DNA of 64,000 nucleotides from Xylographa opegraphella (Eukaryota): NCBI GenBank assembly GCA_022813865.1, contig JALDZX010000018.1, positions 310,001 to 374,000 of the forward strand, read 5' to 3'. Shown piece by piece: positions 60,142 to 64,000 of this stretch (position 1 is its first letter; each line of letters starts with the position of its first letter). The notes under the pieces were generated by a model. It saw only the letters and a program-made list of their open reading frames with translations, ran no database searches and was not told where the DNA came from. The position numbers and the translations under genes were made by a program.

Positions 60142-61341
60142 TCACATCCTCGGCCTCCCCTCGTCGGCCTTCACCTCCACGAGCAACTTCCCCGTATTAA
60201 CCCCCTCATACAGATCCAAAAGCCCCTTCTCCGCCACGGCCAACCCCCCCTTCAGCACCGTCTCCCTGCGCTGCAGCTTCCCCTCCCTCAACCACCCCGC
60301 CAGCTCCTGCCTCGCGTCCGCATAGCGGTCCGCATAGTCGAACACGATGAAGCCCTGCATGCGGATGCGCATCGCGATGATCATCGTGTAGTTCCGCGGG
60401 CCCTGCACCTCCTTGGCGTTGTACTGGCTGATGGCGCCGCAGATGACGAAGCGGGCGTGCGGCTTGGCGCGGCTGAGGGCGAGGTCGAGCACCTCGCCGC
60501 CGGTGTTGTCGAAGAAGACGTCGATGAGGGCGCCGGTCGCGGCCTTGAAGCGGGCGCCAAAGTCGGCCGCTTTGTAGTTGAGCGCGTCGTCGAAGCCGAG
60601 CGTCTTTAGCCACGCGACTTTGTCGTCGCTGCCGGCGATGCCCAGCACCGTCGCGCCCTTGAGCTTGGCGATCTGCCCCACCACCGAGCCCGTCGCGCCC
60701 GCTGCGCCGGAGACGACGACGAAGTCTCCCGCTTTCACGGCCCCGACGTCGAGGATGCCGAAGTAGGCCGTCAGCCCGGTCAGGCCGAGCACGCCGAGGG
60801 CGTCGGTGAGGCGGCCTTCGGGCGGGACTTGCAGCGGCTCGCAGTCTTTGTCCGCGAGGATGGCGAGCTCGGTCCTGACAGAACGTCGTGAGTATAGTGC
60901 GTGTCGATGCGGGGGTCGCGGAGAGAGGTAGTGTGCTTACCAGCCGGCGTAGGCGTTGACGTATGAGCCCGTGGCTAGCTTTGGGGATTTCGAGGCGATG
61001 ACTTTACCGATAACGGCGCCGCGCATGATGCCGCCGATAGGGACAGGGGGATTGTATGAGCGGGTGTCTATAGGTTTTCAACGGCGTTAGTGGTGGAGCT
61101 GGTGGGGTTTGACAAGAGAGCTTTGGGCCCGGTTATGGGGGTGAGGGCGGCACATACCATTCAACCACCCTCTCATCGCCGGGTCGAGCGAGAGGTACAG
61201 AGTCTCGACCAGCACCTGGCGATCTTTCAGGTCAGCCTCTGTGGGCACCGGGTACGTCTTGACGGAAAAGGTTTGGCCAGGGATGATCTTGTCCTTGGGG
61301 CGCTCGGCGAGGACGATGGATTGGTAAGTGGAGGACGCCAT
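60142..61341 (-). CDS. NADP-dependent MDR oxidoreductase (prostaglandin/2-alkenal reductase-like)
   Basis: LYLSLDPAMRGWL, LGLTGLTAYFG, VSGAAGATGS, CGAISQYN, GVNTGK; two introns. Confidence 0.92.
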
Positions 61342-61777
61342 GATTGAACTGCACTATGGGATGGGAACGACAACGAAGATCCTTTTATATGCACAGAAGT
61401 GCTGGAGCATACAATTTTTCCCTCCATGCTTGCCTGCTGAACGGACAGCCTCGGTCAATTTAGAGCCTCGGCCATTATTTCTCAGCAATGTTACAGCATT
61501 CAGACTAGCCCAATTTGGATTGCCTCTAGGACTAACGCGCCAGTAAACTACTATGTAGGTAGCAATTGTATAAAGCGATGCGGAAAAGGTATGCTAGAAG
61601 CCGTATAAACATAAATATATCCATCATTACATCCAGACTCACATCCCGATGAGCTATCTCGTCAATAGCGCACGTGCAAAACTAAACCCCCGCGCACCAG
61701 AAGCATCCTACATCGCATGCAAGATCCACGTCCTGATAAAGATAAAATTATACATAGTTTATCAGCAGTATTCCCCA

Positions 61778-64000
61778 TTACGCTTCCACTCTCACCTTGC
61801 CACATATCACCGCCGCGAACTTCATTATCGTCAAGTCCTGGCCCAGCAGCTGCTGAAACGGCATATCGACCTTGAACTCCCTGAATATCCAATTCCGGAA
61901 GTCCGCTCCGATCATGCTGTCCAATCCGTAACTAGCCACCGAGCGGTCGTCAACCTGGATTTCCGCCGCATCTATCAGTAGAAGCCGCGACAGCTTCTCC
62001 ACCGTGTGTTGCGCAACAGCAGCAACAGCCTCGTCGATACTCTTCGCAGTATTGATGTCTGCGATGATATTCTTCCCTGAAGCGGAAGACCCCACCGTGT
62101 CACCGGCTTGCGCTGCCATGGCTACTTTCACAGCCTGGAAGCGAGGGTCTTCAAGCCAGAAGACATCGGCGCTATCGGCCTGGCTAGCCGCGATGGCGAG
62201 CTGTGACGGCTCCAGGCCCACAATCAGATGGTCCAACGCGGTTTTGAGGTTTGTCGGTGGCGTCATAGCGATCTCAAAGGAAGCGAGCATTTCTTCCTCG
62301 TTGGCGCCATAGATTCCCCTTCGGCGCAGGTCGTCTTCGAGTTCAGGATGTTCGGCAATCCAGCCTACGCCTAGGATCATTGGGAGAATGAGTGAGACTG
62401 CGGGTAGACCTTGAACTCTACGGTGCCGGGCCAGCGAATCCATGAATGCGTTTGCCGCAGCGTAATTGCTTTGACCAGGAGTTCCTAGGGTTCCTGATAT
62501 CGAACTGGTCATGACGAAGAAGTCCAAACTATGATCCTTGAACGCCTCGTGCAGGTTGAGGGATCCATGGAGCTTCGGGTTGACGGCTTTCCTCCAGCTG
62601 TCGATACTCATGTTCTGGAATATCCCGTCCTGATAGTCTGGTTAGGAATCGTAGCAATAATCAAGGTCTATATCCCTACCTCGAGCACCATTGCAGCATT
62701 CAGAACCCCACAGATAGGATATCTCCCATCTATACGCTCAATAGCAGTCTCAACATCTTTTTTGGAAGTGACGTCGCTCCGTAAGATTGTCACCTCAACG
62801 CCCAACTGTTTTAGGCCTGCCACCAAAGTTGCCGCCGATGGAGACTCTGCACCCGACCTAGACATGAATGCAATATGTTTTGCACCTCTTTCAACCATCC
62901 AAGAGGTAAGGCTTCTCCCTAGGCCGCCTAAGCACCCGACGAGAAGATACGTTGCGTCAGATCGGAATCTTAATGAAGGCCTGGGTGGTAAAACCTGCTC
63001 ATTATGGTTGGTCAGTTTTCTGAGGAAAGGGCCATGAGCAGTGGAAGTTGATACCTTCACAAGTGACGATGGCTCATACGAGATCACAAGTTTATCTGTG
63101 CCAAGTCTATTCGAGAAGGAACTTATCAATTTTTCCGAGTTTGATATTTCTCCAACCATCATGGGCAAAGTGTGTATGTCGCCATTGCGATAAAGCTGGA
63201 AGCAACGTTTCAATAGCCTAAATCACCAAAGTCAATGCCCTTCTAGTACAGTATGGATCAAACACCTACCTGGAAAGTATATCAGGCTTCTCTCGGTACA
63301 AGTCTGAAATGTCGAAAGTGAACAGGCTCAAGCCCGCAATCTGTGGAAGAGCACAACGAAGATCATACTTGGATCCATCATTCTCGGCAAAAATGATAAC
63401 TCGTGCGAATGTTGCTAGACCTTTATAGCATTCTCGTAAGTCCTCAGGCCTAGCTGATGCACTGCCGAATATAACATCAACGCCTTGTCCTTCCGTCAAG
63501 TGTTTGATGTGAGTCGACAGCTCATCGCCTTCCGAAAGAACACATTCAGGTGGGAATCCAGAATCTTTAAGCCATTTCCGGGTCTCTTCACAATTTGCGA
63601 CAATCAACGCCTTCGATTTTGTGACTCGACACATCTGTATGGCCGCTAAGCCCGCTGGACCAGTTGCGTCTGTAATAAGCACGACCTGAATTGGTTAGCG
63701 CTGGCGTGTACTCCAAATGAGTTACGTCTCTCACGTCTTCAGATCCGATACGGGCAAGCTCATTCAGTCCATAAATCGCGGTAGCGAAAGCCATTGGTAA
63801 GGTAACCATCATCTATAATGTTTCAATAAGTATTAACTGTAATATTCACAGATCGGTTACCTCGAAAGAATCGCCGTCCGCGATGGGTTGTAATAGCGCA
63901 GCCCGCGTTTGCTGAACTGTTGAAAGGGTATCGAATGACAATCCAACGACCCGATCTCCTATCTTAAACTCGGATACTTCCGGCCCAGTTCTCGTGATAA
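61778..64000 (-). CDS. Reducing iterative type I polyketide synthase, 3' part (ER-KR-ACP), truncated by window edge
   Basis: ER-like LPMAFATAIYGL, KR YLLVGCLGGLGRSL and PGQSNYAAAN, ACP YGLDSMIG; several introns. Confidence 0.93.

Overview
Gene-dense, intron-containing nuclear DNA from a filamentous ascomycete (Pezizomycotina; short ~50-nt introns with CTAAC/CTGAC branch sites; narrower taxon not determinable). Conserved housekeeping blocks (ALB1, a USP protease, APC13, POL12, PDR16-like, GCD2, NAD kinase, TRS31, MFAP1, U1 snRNA, eIF4E-family, GDA1, PPPDE-thioredoxin-PUL, kinesin-3, VPS16) alternate with accessory patches (~4-11 kb and ~24-36 kb) carrying decayed genes and secreted proteins. 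The window ends in the 3' part of a reducing type I PKS. Most notable observations: (1) an unrecognised spliced locus at 58.7-59.9 kb with only micro-ORFs and ~900 nt of strand-specific RNA structure, including a loop with four 12-nt YTAAC repeats; (2) an inverted degenerate copy of the U1 5' end just upstream of the ATG of the divergent splicing factor MFAP1; (3) a Pol III-type unit with a tRNA-like leader plus a multi-hairpin RNA at 43.5-43.8 kb; (4) an in-frame TAG separating an upstream ORF from an eIF4E-family gene; (5) a secreted repeat-propeptide protein with a deamidase-like Cys/His motif. All splice models and RNA pairings were read by eye; no searches or folding were run.
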